In this document: piece after piece, positions 63,501 through 64,000 of the stretch
How positions within the stretch are numbered: position 1 is the first letter of the stretch
Layout: each line of letters starts with the position of its first letter
Source: Eledone cirrhosa
Taxonomy: Eukaryota
Direction: 5' to 3'
DNA length: 64,000 nucleotides
Assembly: GCA_964016885.1 (NCBI GenBank)
Contig: OZ024740.1
Span: 406,844,001 to 406,908,000, forward strand
Made by a program: the position numbers and the translations under genes
Notes under the pieces: model-generated
Told to the model about the DNA's origin: nothing
Seen by the model: only the letters and a program-made list of their open reading frames with translations
The model's database searches: none

Positions 63501-64000
63501 TGGTACTTATTACAGACACCAGATATCAATGGAGTGCACCTTACATTTGTACGTATTACAGACACCATATATCAATGGAGTGTACCTCACATTGGTACCT
63601 ATTACAGACACCAGATACCAATGGAGTGCACCTCACATTGGTACCTATTACAGACACCAGATTTCAATGGAGTGCACCTCACATTGGTACCTATTACAGA
63701 CACCAGATATCAATGGTGTGCACCTCACATTGGTACCTATTACAGACACCAGATATCAATGGAGTGCACCTCACATTGGTACCTATTACAAACACCAGAT
63801 ATCAATGGAGTGCACCTCACATTGGTACCTATTACAGACACCAGATATCAATGGAGTGCACCTCACATTGGTACCTATTACAGACACCAGATATCAATGG
63901 AGAGCACCTCATATTGGTACCTATTACGGACACCAGATATCAATGGAGTACACTTCACATTAGTACCTATTACAGACACCAGATATCAATGGAGTGCACC
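39545..64000. repeat. 46-bp satellite array (~531 units, runs off the window end)
   Basis: Consensus TACAGACACCAGATATCAATGGAGTGCACCTCACATTGGTACCTAT; phase is preserved every 1380 bp (30 units) from 39601 to 63061. Confidence 0.98.

Noticed and set aside
39568-63963. Giant repetitive protein-coding genes (ORFs up to 1164 aa)
   Set aside because: All three frames are open only because the 46-bp monomer lacks stop codons; stops are scattered and amplified, and there is no unique N- or C-terminus.
39545-64000. CRISPR array (palindromic repeats at regular spacing)
   Set aside because: There are no unique spacers (the linker is constant), no cas genes, and the context is eukaryotic. It is a satellite.

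Overview
Repeat-dense animal genomic DNA. The AT content, long (TA)n tracts, RTE LINEs with (GAT)n tails and tRNA-derived SINEs suggest a cephalopod (Octopus-like) genome, but this is inference. I could not support any host protein-coding gene. Positions 1-39.5 kb are a mosaic of decayed mobile elements: RTE, Tx1/L1 and CR1 LINEs, several Penelope-like elements (PLEs), a Helitron carrying a solo LTR and itself inserted in a PLE, MITEs and SINEs. Positions 39,545-64,000 are one uninterrupted 46-bp satellite of about 531 units. The most notable observations are: (i) a head-to-head tandem array of 310-bp units, each carrying a minimal hammerhead ribozyme (retrozyme/circRNA-like), plus several unrelated hammerheads nearby; (ii) the hairpin-forming, phase-conserved 46-bp satellite, which appears to grow out of a SINE cluster; (iii) two Tx1-like LINE insertions whose 15-bp target-site duplications both end in AGATAGATA. 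Coordinates were read by eye and boundaries of old elements are approximate.
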